From Octopus vulgaris (lineage: Eukaryota), in NCBI GenBank assembly GCA_951406725.2, contig OX597814.1, positions 136,028,001-136,092,000 on the forward strand: a stretch of DNA of 64,000 bases. The letters run 5' to 3'. Below the pieces are notes generated by a model. That model ran no database searches. It was not told where the DNA came from and saw nothing but the letters and a program-made list of their open reading frames with translations. Positions 50,868-64,000 of this stretch are shown here, piece by piece (position 1 is the stretch's first letter; the number at the start of each line of letters is the position of its first letter). Both the position numbers and the translations under genes were made by a program.

Positions 50868-53085
50868 AGAAGTCTTATATATTCATTGAACTGGCTTTAA
50901 ATCTCCCTGCCAGGCAACTCAAATAACCCACTTGAAATAACTGTTCATATAACTATGATGCAAACTAACAAACTTCTTCCCTACTCCTTCCCCACCCTAT
51001 CTTATTTTTTGCAGCTCAGACTATCACCTGTGAGCAAAAGTAGTTTTTCTTTCCTTTCCCCCACTCTTGTTAGGCTTTTTATACTTTTGATTACTTTCAT
51101 TTTCAGAAAGCTCACTTTATATATTATTGCTATGGTTTATAAATTACCATGTTTAAATACCATATTTTCTAAGTCACCAGCCATTTCATTTTGCTGATTT
51201 TTTTTTTTCTGTTGTTTAATCTAATTAGCAATTCCCTATAACTATTTTGATACTTTCTGAAAAAAAATTATAAAAAAATATTTTTTTTTTTTTAAATAAA
51301 GGAATTGCATTTGAATGTCTGCATCACTTCATCCTTTTTAGCAGCCATCAAGGTTGACTAATTGAAGCTTTCTTTTTGGTCCATACTTGCTCTCTTATCC
51401 ATTTATTCTTTTTTTTCCGCACCATTTCTCACAAAGATGACAAACTACGTGCTTTTGCTTTCCTTCAAAGAGTTAAGTGAAATTGCAGTATCCAAGTAGT
51501 TGTATGTCTAGAACAGAACCACTTACTCCATAACATTCTACTAAAGCTGAAGATATGTAGTTAGAATATGAAATCTGATACTGCATTTTGCTCTAAGCGT
51601 TCCCTTTTTGTCATCTTCAGCATTCCAAACATTTGTGAGTATATCCAGTCCCTACACTGCCGGTCCTCTAAATTTTCTCTTGTGGCTCATTAAATTAGTC
51701 ACAAGTCATCGAAATATAAGCAATATCCTATGCAAGACACTCGATGTGGGTCTTCCTTCGCGACAATAAGCAGCATACTTTATTCACATCACATAAAAAG
51801 ATATGAACAATGAAAAAATGGATATTGCTGAGGGGTCAGTTATGATTGGAAGATGGGTAGACAATCGGTAAATGCTGCAATCATTAACTTGTATGTTATT
51901 AGGACTCAAACATATTAAATGAAATCTATGTAAAACGGGACAAATAATTCCCCCACTTTGTAATCTCTCCTTTGCTTATTAGTGTACTTGAGCAATGTAA
52001 TTGATACTGCTGTTGCCATCTCCAGAAACATAAGAACTCTTGTATATGAGCTAGAAGTGGATTCCCCCTAAGTATCTAGCCAGCTGCTGTAGATGGTACT
52101 AAAGTATCTGGTTTACAATTTTCCTCATATCATGCAATTGTTCTATTCTGTTTGTATTATAAGAAAGGTTTGGAGTTGGTAGAGATTAGTATTAGTTAAT
52201 AGGTTTTGATAGAGAGTGCATTTGAACTAGTCTGCTCTAATTCCTGTATTGCTTTAAGTGGATGCAGAGCTTCAGTAGCTGCCCTAGTAGATTTGATCTT
52301 GTCATTCTAGTAAGAAACGATATTTTATTTTTATGGCAGAAGTTAAGACTAGATATGTTGAGAGACAATTGGACTGGGCTTGACAAGAGTTTCTCGCTGA
52401 ACCTCTTTTGAAGGAGATTGTGCTTAGCTTCTAATACTGGCTGATAAATTCTTTTTTTTTTTTAAAACCACTTTTGATCTGTTACTGCTGTTCTTTGAGC
52501 AGCCATTCTGATACCATCCAATGAAAGTTGCTGTACTGCTAAAAAGTATTGGACATTTAGATTCCTTGTTTAGCTAGTGCCACAACTATAAAAAGTTTTG
52601 GTCAAAATCCAACTTACCTTCTAGTAAAGGTGAGCAGTATGAAAGATTTTCCACCCTCCTCCTTTGCCTATCAAAGCTTCAACTGGATAGGAAAGTGGAT
52701 ATGGGTTTACTTACTTATCACCACCTAGAATGTTTTCAGTAACAATACATTCCATTTCTTGCTTAAAAACCAAATTATCTGTTCTTAATAATGATCCATG
52801 CCTTGTTTTCCATATCCCATCAGCTAGACTGTAGTTATTCAACTATTATCTAGACTCCTGTATATATATATATCTATATTGGTTTGTTATTTGTTTGTTA
52901 GTTTTTTTCCTGTTTTGTTTGGACAGAGCATCTCAGTATATAGATGCCCTTACGACTGCTCCTAGACAGTCTTTGTTTTTTACAGAAAGAATTTAAAAAG
53001 AATAACCATTCAATTGTATATACACTGTTCTAGCTCGCTGTTATTTTGTAATATATCTTCGAATAAAGAGTTGTTTTCTTTATTT
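50868..53085 (+). other. Probable NDRG 3' UTR
   Basis: SINE-free stretch after the stop; AATAAA at 51295 and at 53062, the latter followed by U/GU-rich sequence. Confidence 0.55.
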
Positions 53086-54252
53086 TTGTTGTTCTATAGT
53101 ATATATTTCATCCAAGGCTTTTTTTTTTTACTCATACATTATAAACTAATAATATATAAAATTATGTGGAATCGTTGAGAAAATGTAATACCTATCGTAG
53201 CTGAATTGAAAGTATAGAGAAGCAAAATGGAGATGAGACATGAGAGAGAGAGAGAGAAAAAAATGTGTACATGTTTCAATGAGCATTTATTGATGTCTAA
53301 ATGAAGGTGTTCTGTCTATGTTCTTCAAAGGCAGAGAGCAAGCTGTTTGCCTACAAAATTCAAGCTTTATAACTCTTCAGTATACTGGCCAAGAAACAAA
53401 GGGAGAAGAGTTAGGAGCTGTTCCAGGAAATTTAGTTCTTTGCAATGAAGAACAAAGGCAAAACATAACTTCTTGTGGGTAGGAGGACTCATTGAAAAGT
53501 GTTTTAGCAACACAGTCTTTGAGGTTTATTCACAGATTTTTGGAATTTGAAAAATAAAAGATAAACATGGAAGACACTAATATAGGAAATATTTACTATT
53601 TCACCAATTATATTTTATTTTTATATTTAATTTTAATCATTTTTTAAAATTTATTCACATGTATTAAGTCAATACTTGTTTAAAGTCCAAAAAATAAATT
53701 GTAGCCTAAGTTTGTACATTTTTTAAATATTTATTTTACTTTATTTTTTTATTTTTTGCTTTTTGGGGTGTGTAAAAGTAGTGGAGAAGGTTTGAAAGAC
53801 TTGTCCAGATTAGGGTATTTTTGCAATAGTGGTCCAGCATTCCAACCAGTTGTCATGGTATTTTCACGGTTAAAAAAACCTTGAAAATATTCTGGAAAGA
53901 AGCACCCCTAAATGTTCCATTGGGTTATCAGAAGTCGAGATCTACCAAATGGTATAAACAGGGTATCTCCAACAAGAAACGAGGCACTAGCTTTACATGT
54001 CTCCAACATAGTCTCTCACAGCACCACAGTCACAGACAGTTGCAAGAAGGACCAGAGCTTAGAGAACATCAACCACACTTCAATGGCTTCCTCAGCTTTA
54101 TAACGTCAATTTTTGATTAGTCAATTATATTTTTGAAAAAAAACCAAAAATAATTACAAAGAAAAAAAAAACAGCAGCAACAGTGATGGTTGTGTTCTAG
54201 CATGTAGTTTTCTCAAATCTCCTCAGCTGAGAACGGAGTGGGGAGGTCTATA

Positions 54253-54846
54253 TCAAAGGTGTCTGTCAGGCTGGAAGCTGTAGACATTTGCCTCATTAGG
54301 CATTCGAGTACTGGGAGAAGAAACTAGAGAGTAATTTCCAAGTCGGTCAAATTTTTGGCCTTGTGGATTTTGACTGTCACTGGATAGCTTTGGCTGCAAT
54401 GTTGATGAAGAGGGGTTCTTTGTGTGGGGTTTGGAACGTGAAGGATGACTGTGTCCTTCCAAATAGCTATAATGGTTAAGATTTGAATGTCCATTGGACT
54501 CCCTCAGGGTTTTCATAGAAGGAAGAGGAATTTTCTTGTTCACAGAGAGAGCGAGAAAGCTGCTGTTGGTTGTTGAGTGAGAATGATAAAAGGATGATGG
54601 ACTCTCTCCATTGTATATGGTTATATTTGGTGGGGGGCAGAAAGCCTGACAGTCTATTTTATGGGACCGGTCACATGATTGTAGTAATCTTTGACTAGTC
54701 AGAAATCCCTCTTCTCCATCTTCAGAGATTGGGATACTAGGAGGGAGACCTAATTCATTGTCTGTCCTTATGGATTTTAAACGTGTTTGTTTTTCTTTAT
54801 ATGATGCTATTGCCCGTTGCTCCTGGGTTGGAATTCCAGAATAATC
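54253..54846 (-). CDS. Terminal coding exon of the same membrane protein; 197-aa Ser/Pro-rich tail (DYSGIPTQEQRAIASYKEK...SFQPDRHL*)
   Basis: tttcag acceptor; 594 nt stop-free in AT-rich DNA; phase 0 matches the 55977 donor; contains track ORF 54253..54543. Confidence 0.85.
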   Translation of the reverse strand, partial: DYSGIPTQEQRAIASYKEKQTRLKSIRTDNELGLPPSIPISEDGEEGFLTSQRLLQSCDRSHKIDCQAFCPPPNITIYNGESPSSFYHSHSTTNSSFLALSVNKKIPLPSMKTLRESNGHSNLNHYSYLEGHSHPSRSKPHTKNPSSSTLQPKLSSDSQNPQGQKFDRLGNYSLVSSPSTRMPNEANVYSFQPDRHL

Positions 54847-55976
54847 CTGAAACGAAATGTAAAAACCGTTTTAAGAATTGTAAATAAGAGAAAGAACAAA
54901 AAGGACATGTAAACCAATTAATTATTTTTAAACCAAGCAATTTTACTATTAATATTATTATTATTATTATACCTTTAAAAAATTCCCCCAAATTATTATT
55001 AAATTGAGTTTTTAATAGTTTACAGAGTTTAGCTTCAGCATCTATAATAAGAGTTATTGTATTCCAACAAGTTTGAACTACTTCTGAGTATTCTTCAAGT
55101 AAATCTCTTTAAACCATTCTTGGTTCCTTAGACAATGTGGTGGTTAACTTTATTAATTAGAAGTTAACAGAAAAGGTTTCATGTATTTCACTACACTGCA
55201 TAGTAACTTGGGGTGAATAGACATTAGACATTTGCCAATGTTTCATCTACTTCTAGTTAAATGAATGTTAGCATGGCCTAAAGTAGTAAAACATTTCATT
55301 TTGGAACCTCTAAACTTGGTCTAATCAGAGCATGGATTTATCAATATCAAAATATATAAAACTTACTAGTTCAACCTTTAAGCAAATTGCAATGCCAAAA
55401 CTAAGATGTAAAAACAAGTGTTAACATTAGAAGTATTCAGTTTCGTAGTCTAAATTGCATACCATCTTAAATATAATCAAGAGTTCTCTTCCATATCTTA
55501 TTTGATTCCCAACAGAACTGGTGCTGTTTATCTTAGGATTGTCTTTGGATAAGAGAACACGATTACAGAAAAAGAGAGTATTGTAATAACACATAGATTA
55601 GTAAAATTTTTTAATTGAATCTTGCTTCATTGATCACATCTAGTTCTTTGGCAACTTGATACAATGTCAGGTTTGATGCTCTTAAAGAAATTTTGTTAAT
55701 CTGTCAGTAGTAAACTACTTTCATATTGTACAAGTGAAGACACAATGTCTTTAACATATATATACATACATCAAACACATTGTTGCCCCCTACTTTTCAA
55801 TGTGGAAAATAATTAATGCACATTAGAATGTGAGCTGTTTATTGGCTCTACTCGAGACATTGTCATGAACGATGGTTTAATTCTACAGATCTAGTTGTTT
55901 CTGACTTGCTGAAAAAGCTAAACAAAGATCAAAGAAGATGGTAAAGAAACCCAGCACAGGTAAGGATTCAGCCTAC

Positions 55977-56158
55977 CTCTGAGCAGGTCATTTGAGAGTT
56001 AGGATGTAAATTTTCATGCTCTGAAGTTTTAGTGTGAGAGCTGTCTCCTCGACATAGCCACGGTGCTGTCCGGCAATGGCAGATGCCAAGTAGTACCACC
56101 CCAAGTATACACACCACAATTATTATTACAACAACAAGTGGCATTATAGTAGAAGTGC
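55977..56158 (-). CDS. Transmembrane-encoding exon of an unidentified single-pass membrane protein (TSTIMPLVVVIIIVVCILGVVLLGICHCRTAPWLCRGDSS...CSE)
   Basis: T-run-ccag acceptor, gtaggc donor, 182 nt (phase 1-0); ~22-residue hydrophobic run followed by Cys/Arg; missed by the ORF track. Confidence 0.85.
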
Positions 56159-59100
56159 CTGGAAAAAAAAAAAAAGACTTGTTAAATCTGCAGTGGGAAT
56201 TACTGTGATGAAGGGACAGTTACTAAGAAGGCGAGTGATAAAAGCTTAAGGAAAGGGCGGGGGTCATCCATATTATCATAATGAGAGATAATAATGACAA
56301 TATATAAGTATATATATATATATATGGCTGTATAAATTTCATTTGAAGAAAATGTAAAATCATTTTATCTAAGTTCAAATAAATATGTTATATTTTAAGC
56401 ATCAATCATATACCTTTCTTTTGATCAATTGACACTTCACTTAGCAAACACAACGATGATTACATTTTCCCAAATGTTATGGTTAATGTTACTGCAATAA
56501 AAACCTATATGACAAACATTTACAATACCTCTATCCAATGAAACACTAACACACACACACTTCCATTTTAACCTAATTACTACCAAATGAGACACTTTTG
56601 CATTTTCACTGAATAGGATACTCATAATTACACTCTATCCTTTGCCATGGAGTATCATTAAATCTTCACCTATGGAACTGCTAATGGACCTTAGCATTCA
56701 AAAATAATACAATCACTTAAATTCAAGAAGCTACAACCAAACACTTTATTTGGGCCACATCATATCTTTACCTTCCATAAACTATACTATATAGAATAAT
56801 CAAATGTCTTCCAATGTCTAACTATCAAAGTGGAGCTCATCACTCTCCCCTTCTAAACAGGTCTTACCACTTTTCAAAACTCTGTTCAAGCAGAGATCAC
56901 TATAGTTTTCCTACAACAACCCTAATTATCAATATTGCTGATGAAACCCACCACCAGGCTGTTTAACTTGTCTTAAATATTTTATAATCTAAGACATTGA
57001 ACTCTTGTCTCACAGCTCTGCCTTTTGAAGTCCTCTCTCTTCTCTTCATTTTATACTTTCCACTCAAACTTTGTGTATAAGAGTAACAGTTACAATAAAA
57101 TGAAATATGTATGAAACAGATTCCTTTACCCTTACTCAATGACTCACATATATCACTACATCTTTACCTAATAATAACACCATTTTCAGTTAACTGTATT
57201 AGCATCAGCCAGCTACCCATAACCTTCTGTCACCCCAACACTATTAACACTGTTCTTTCTGCTAGTAAAATATATAAAAGAGCTACAAAGACACGAGCTG
57301 TTTGCTGTACCTTGCATACCCTAATATGTGTAGCGGGCAGCACCAAGACTGGTCTTTGTACATTCATGACTAATGCATGTACTGGCCAAAGATTAGTTAT
57401 TGATATGACCCCCCCCCATACACACACAACTGATCATAGTGTCGTTTTCACTAGAGTTTATTGTCTACCCTGGTATCTTGCCAGAAGAATTGGGTAACTT
57501 AAATAGATCTAAGTAGGGTTATATAGTGAAGAACTTTGGTTTGCAACTATATAAGTTTTGCATTTAATCCCACTAAGCACCATCTTCAGAAAATGCTTTC
57601 CATCATAGCCTTGGGTTGACCAAAATCTTGTAAGAAGAATTTAGATAAGAACTGAATGGAAACCCATCAAAGGAACTGCTCTTGCTTTTTTTGATGGCAA
57701 ACTTAACCAGTCACATGGTTTTATACAACCATCGTGCCCCAGGGTACATTTAGCAGACTGCACACTGTTGTAGACTTTCATATCAGGTCTGAAGATAACT
57801 TCCTCTTTTCTTCTCACCTGTCACTAAAAAAGGTAATAGGCTATATCCTTTCTCTCTTGACTAACTCGTTAACCATTTAGCATTCAGATTACTTGGTCAA
57901 ATGTTATGATTATTCATTCATTTTGTTTTAAATTAATTATGTATTATCTCAAAGCTTTAAGATTTCAATGATGTAACTGTTTATTTCTAGGATAACATTG
58001 CAGGGTAGGTGTGAGAGGCCAGATTTGGCCAGTTCAAAAATAAAACAGGTAGAATATTTCGCTCAGACATTGATACAACTAGTATGTATATAGCACAGAC
58101 AAAAGTGGAATATACTCTTCTAGCCCAAGTCAGTCAGAAGTTTTATGCTATGTTGCAGGGAGTAAAGACAAAACAATTTGCAGTAGTCATGGGGAGAGGA
58201 GAGAGGGAGAGTGTGTGTAAGAGAGAGGTAGAGGGGTGATGACTGAAATGATCTAAAGAATTAAGACAGTTAAGGTATCTCAGCTCAAGTTTACTGAAAC
58301 TAAGCACTGGTCAATGTAAACAGGAGAGACAACTCTTATTGCCTGGCCATGTAACATGGAGAAATGATGTGAAGTGCTCGTAGCTGTTGGTGAAGAGAAA
58401 AGGCTACATGAATTAAAGCTAGATCAAGATAGATTGGAAGGAAATAGAATAGTCCTTAGAAGGTTTGGTTTCACTTAACCCTTTAGCACTCAGTCAAATG
58501 TAATGCTTATTTATTCACGTTGTTTTGAATTTCATCATGCATTAATCTTGTAGCTTTGAGATTTTGATGATGTGATTGTTTAGTTTTAGAATGACATTGC
58601 AGGATAGGTGCAAGAGGCAAGATCTGGTTTGTTTGGACATACAGCATGTAGAATATCCGGGCTGGATATGGTTGGTTTAATTGCTAAAGTATTAATAGAC
58701 AATGAAGGCAAAATGTCAGAGAAATATCAATGGGATGAAGATGATAATTTGGAACAACAAAGTTTGAAATTTCAGATATCTGTACACAATATTTGAAAAT
58801 ATTTATATAAATAAATGTGATTCCTGATTGTATCAGTTTAACTTGGACAGTTATTTTTGTGTTAGACTGACTAAAGAAAATAATGAATGGGTGCCTAGTG
58901 TACAGAAAGAGCCACACAGATGACCATAACAAGAGAAAGGTTTGGTAAATCAAAAGAATAGCAAAAATTAGTTCTTTTAACACACTTTGAAGCTAAAGCT
59001 AAATCAGATTATAACAGTACAAAGTACTTACTTTCTCAATTTAAGAATAGATGAAAATAGCAATACAAGTCCTGATATTAATAATTTGATAAGTTTTATA

Positions 59101-59354
59101 ACATTTTGGAGGTTTCCTTTGAGATTTGTAAAATTTGATCCTCCAGCTTGCAGTCAGAACAAATGACCACAAAGAAATGTGAGTGTATGTCTCCTACTCA
59201 AGCCTTTTACATTCCAAATTATAAAACACGAATTGCTTAACTAATCTAGCTTTTGTCTTCCACCTTAAGTATGGGGGAGTTAAGGACACCGAGAGAGTTG
59301 CCCTTGAAAACCTGCTTGCTTAATTTAGCTATTTAGACTCTTTCTCAAATTCTC

Positions 59355-59578
59355 TAACCCTTTAGCATTCAGATTACTCTGTCAGGTGCAATGCTTATTT
59401 ATTCACATCAATTTAAATTAGTCATGCATTATCTTGCAACTGAAATTTCAATGACGTGAGCGTTTATTTTTAGAATAATATTTTTGGCTAAGTGTAAGAA
59501 GCCAGATCCGGCCAGCTTGGACATATAACAGGTAGAATATTTGGGCCACATACAGCCAGTTTAAATGCTAAAGGGTGA
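59355..59578. mobile_element. Same piggyBac-type MITE, orientation B (also ~57869-58060, ~58476-58694 and ~60778-60940)
   Basis: Reverse complement of the 2700-2925 element. Confidence 0.85.
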
Positions 59579-60997
59579 ATGTCTTTAAATCACCAACTAT
59601 GCTTAAGCATAGTTGACCAGAGTTAATCAACAGTAGTAATGGAAAAAAATAAAGAAAACTCAACTAAATTATATTGAAATCAGAGAGAGAGAGAGAGAGT
59701 GGGGGGGGGAGAAATAGCTAGTGAGTGTTTCTATGTTCTAAATGTCTAATAGGGCAGCTAAAAATAGAATCTGTCATACTACAAGCAAGGATTCCCAAAC
59801 TGGTTGCTACAGACCACCACAGGAAAATGGATGTGCTGGGGGTAAAAAGAATGGTTAGTTACCAAAAGAGATGGAAGTCAATAAAATTCTAATGAGATCC
59901 TATATAATCCATGTCTTGAGGAAAAGTTCTCTCGGAATCAGAGCAGCTTTCTCATGTTATGATAGCACAAATATATTTTTCTTTTACTTGTTTCAGTCAT
60001 TTGACTGCGGCCATGCTGGGGCACTCCCCTGAAGGGCTTTAGTCAAACAAATCAACCTCAGGACTTATTTATGAAGAACATATTCATAATTTCTTCCAAT
60101 AATAACATGGCATTTTGTTTTTTGACAGAGAGCTTGAATTCATTTAGCTCTTGCACTCTTGAGACCAGCTCATGATTAGTTGAAACTTGAAATCCCAGAT
60201 ATATGGTAAGACAAAATTCATATTCATTTTAATATGCCTTGGTTACTGATTTACAGAAGTACTCTGTTTGTTAGGTATATTATTACCTACAAACTAATAT
60301 ATTTTTAGGATAGTGTCCTCACCTTGTTTTGTTAGTCACGATATTTTGGCTATTGTACCCTCTAGCTTTTTTGGGGTGCCTGTTGTAGTTGGTAACATTT
60401 TTGAAATTTCAAACCAAACTTTTTGTCAAATTATCGGAAATAGATAGTTCTTATTTCATTATCCATACTAAAGGAATATTTTCCTATTAGCTGCAGTTAT
60501 TCTTGTGATGTCATCTGCCTCTTCTGCTTGAACCAGAGAATACCCTCACCCCATATATATTGTGGTAAGGCTTCAAATGTGTGGAAAAGCACTTGATCAA
60601 CTAAGAGAGTAAAGATAATGTTATAATACATATATATACATATACTGTTTGAATGACCCAAGGTTTGAATTCATGCCCATTAGCTAAACAACTACACTCA
60701 ATACTTAATCAATACTTATATTCACCATTCCTGTGTCCCATAGAGTTTTAAACTTAACTGTTTTCTATAGTGATAGTTTAATGCTTTAGCATTCACATTA
60801 TTTTAAATTAATCATGCATTATCTCATAGCTTTAATATATTGATGATGTGATTGTATATTTTTAAATTGGCATTGAAGGTTAGGTGTGATAGGCTGGATC
60901 TAGCTGCTTAGAACATAAACCAGGTAGCCCGGTTTAAATGTTTTTTTCTCTGCAATGGTTGTCATAGAGTTCTATATGTAAGAGATGAGGAATTATG

Positions 60998-61447
60998 TAC
61001 ATTATTTACATTTGACAGATATTTTCCCTCATCTTGTTAACACGTTTTGGCTGATATACCCTCCAGCTTTCATCAGGTTTCTTGGGGGTAATTTTGAACC
61101 TGGGTTCTCATTCCTAAGGTATTTTTTGATGTTGTTATTATTATTATTGTTGTTATTATTATTCAGGTCACAGTCTGGAATCAAACTCGGTATCTTGGGG
61201 TTAGTAGCCTGTGCTCTTAACCACTGCACCATATGCCCATGGGCAATTATGGAGTGAATTTTAGGGCTTATAGTGATTCCAGACAGTGACCTGAATAATA
61301 ATAATACCAAAAAATACCTTAGGAATGAGAACCCAGGTTTGAAATTTCCCCAAGACATCTGATGAAGGCTGAAGGGTATATCAGCCAAAACATTGTGTTA
61401 ACAACAAACAAGATGAGGACAAATATCTGTCAAATGTAAATAATGTA
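60998..61447. mobile_element. Fold-back element: tRNA-headed unit on - plus an inverted partial copy, each with a decayed hammerhead
   Basis: Arms 60998-61183 and 61274-61447; tRNA-like head 61238-61166; CTGATGA-a-GGCTG...CAGCC-aAAA. Confidence 0.75.
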
Positions 61448-61837
61448 AATGGTGGTCATCTCTCTACTAGGTCTACTGAGAAAGTTACCAAATTCTCAGT
61501 ATATACAACGATTCTTTCCAGTGTTATCCCCTATCTATTATATTGACTTAATTCCACTCCACAAGGTTTGGTAGTATTCCTTTTCTACCCATAAATGATC
61601 AGCCATGCCTGAGTTCCCTGTCTCTCCTGTGGGTTATGGCTTTTATGATGTTCTTGTCTTAATTTTAGTGGGTGATTGACATCACCTTTATCTCTATTGA
61701 TACAACTCCATGAGATAAAATACACATTGTTTTGGGTCATGATCCCATCTGATGGAGAGGTGTCCCCAAAGTTTCTGAATTCTATCCAGATGTTTTTCAA
61801 TATACTGCTAATATAAAGCAGAGAAACTTTATCTTCT

Positions 61838-62442
61838 ATCTTTCACTTACTTTGGTCTTTGGACTGTGGCTATGCTAGGGTACACCTTGAAGGGTTTAGT
61901 TGAACAAATAAATCCCAGTATTTATTTTCTAAGCCTGGTACTTATTGTATTAGTCTCTTTTGCTGAACTGCTAAGTTACAAAGACATTAACAAACTAACA
62001 CTAGTTGTCAAGTAGTGGTGAGGGACAAACACATATGTATATACATACATATATATGTACATATATATATATATATATCCAAATAAGCAACAAGTATATC
62101 TTCGGTAATTTGGTACGATTGTTTCATGCTACTTCATTTTATTAAACATTGTAAGTATTACATCAGTTTTAAAATGTTGAGCAATCTTCAGCCATTTACA
62201 GAAGTCTTCCATCAAACGGACAAACAGAGGGTATATATATATATATACACACACACACATATAATTACATATATGTATATGCTGAACTTGCCAGTTTCCA
62301 TTTATCAAATCCACTCACAAGGCTTTGGTCAGCCAGGGGCTATAATGAATGATATCCACCCAAGATGTTGCACAGTGGGACTGAACTCAAGATCACATGA
62401 TTGGGAAGCAAGCTTCTTACCTACATATCTATGCCTTTGCCT
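61838..62442 (-). mobile_element. SINE family B (- strand) interrupted by a hammerhead-bearing insert
   Basis: Head at 62290-62442, tail at 61838-62030, insert at ~62080-62230. Confidence 0.75.
62111..62194 (-). ncRNA. Second copy of the same hammerhead motif
   Basis: - strand TGG-CTGAAGA-tTGCT...AGCAt-GAAA-CAATCG-TA-CCA. Confidence 0.6.
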
Positions 62443-63378
62443 GTGATAGTTTTTGACTAACACCTTTGACACCCCCCACCACCACCTGTCTTTTTGCTCT
62501 TGAAAGCTGATGGTATTTTCTTATCCTGACTATGTCTTGTTGCTATTTTATGAGTTTTACTAGAGTTCTTTCTTCATGTTGTATGGATGGTGAGAATTCA
62601 AAGTTCTTGTGATGGCTGGCAAACAGAGTTAATAAAAGGTTTGCTTTCTAAATTCTGAGACCATCATAGGATATGACACACCTAAAGAAAGCCAGAAGGT
62701 ACCAACAGCTGAAATGTGACTACAGTAACTAAGATGAGGACAACAGACTATATGGATCAGTGTGAAATAATAATTCTTTGTCAGAAATTTATATATGTGT
62801 ATTTTCTTTTACTGGTTTCTACCACTGAACTGAAGCCATGCATAACAAACTTGTCAAATCACTAAGTTAAACTTTCTGACTGACACTCCCAGCCTTTTTT
62901 TTTTTTTTTTTTTACATAACCTCACACCATAGTTTCAGATAGTTTCCATCTACCCAATTTTGCTTACAAGGCATAGGGTGATTTGAAGTTATATGTGAAA
63001 AATCACCTATTATACTTAAATCATTTATATTGTAGATTTAACAAAATGCAGAAACAATAACAAGCTAAACACTTTAAATATAATTCAAGTTTGAACTCTT
63101 ATTCTAAGATTACAGATCTTCTTCAGGTCACAGGAATTTCCACTATTTCTCAAACATATCACAACTAGAATAAGAAACTAATGAAAATATTTCATACAGC
63201 AACCTACATATCTATACAACCCATCATGAAAAATTTTAAAGTTTAAGAGGATCTTGAGAATATGCAGATAACTAACTAGACTGTTTCTCCAATCTTTGTT
63301 AAAATAACAATATAAATAGTTAAACTAACAACAGGAATGAGTTGAGATGAACACAGACTTTGACACAGAAACATTGAC

Positions 63379-63430
<52 letters not shown>

Positions 63431-64000
63431 CATGCTTAAGTGATTTCTGGAATAATGGAAAGATTGCAATCCAATATCTAAATCTTAGAACAGCTGCTGA
63501 CACACGTTACTTACATTTCCCAAGTGGTCAAAATTGAATTTAAACATAAATGTATTAAGTAAAAAAAAGAAACAGACTTCATCTTAATATTCATGCTATT
63601 GGCCATCTACCTAATTATGAATGTAAATGTCTTCAATTAAAAGATATTTTATCTTTTTTATTTCATGTCTGCTGCATCAATAAGACAACCTACTTGATCT
63701 TATTTTTCTCTGAATAATTCTTGACACTTTGTTTCTTTATCACTGACTATACTATAGCCTGTAAGGTATTTTTCTTATTGTAAAAGGACACATTTTACCA
63801 GCAAGCCACAATGCTATAAATATTCAGTTTCTATTCAGATATATTAAACTAGAAATATGAAAATGCAATTTATCGACAAAAAAAAAAAGGAAAAAAAAAA
63901 GAGCTTACTGGAAAACTAACTTCATTTGGCAATTTGTATTTACATGAATAAATTCAAAATTGGATTTTGGCTCTATTTATACTCATAAAAATCAATCAAT

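Noticed and set aside
57719-57827. Possible - strand exon VRRKEEVIFRPDMKVYNSVQSAKCTLGHDGCIKPCD
   Set aside because: Splice sites are ambiguous (cag|gtgaga could be a donor) and the exit phase does not match the TM exon; may be real but cannot be supported
60550-60600. Possible 51-nt - strand exon (ctcttag...gtgagg)
   Set aside because: Two open frames, no recognisable homology and no confirmed neighbouring exon
63095-63135. CTGAAGA box on the - strand (also at 5639 on +)
   Set aside because: No correctly placed GAAA or closing stems, so not called as hammerheads

Overview
AT-rich, microsatellite- and repeat-dense animal genomic DNA. The repeat landscape looks like a coleoid cephalopod (Octopus-like); this is inferred, not proven. 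Two convergent protein-coding genes can be rebuilt from splice sites and reading phase. (1) The 3' part of an NDRG-family gene on + has 10 exons from 393 to 50867 that join into one open frame of 261 full codons plus stop, with a ~25-kb last intron. (2) The last two exons of an unidentified single-pass membrane protein lie on - (56158-54253). The introns hold a decayed mariner, an R4/Dong-like and several other LINE relics, a young RTE LINE 3' half carrying a PHD-type finger, two Helitron pieces, piggyBac/hAT/Tc1 MITEs and dozens of tRNA-derived SINEs. Most notable: several minimal hammerhead-ribozyme motifs sit inside fold-back (inverted) repeats, one of them on a tRNA-headed element. Most SINEs and MITEs point the same way as their host gene and flip at the gene boundary. 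NDRG also has candidate alternative C-terminal exons and microexons. Most ORFs in the supplied track are microsatellite or SINE artefacts. Repeat boundaries were read by eye and are approximate.
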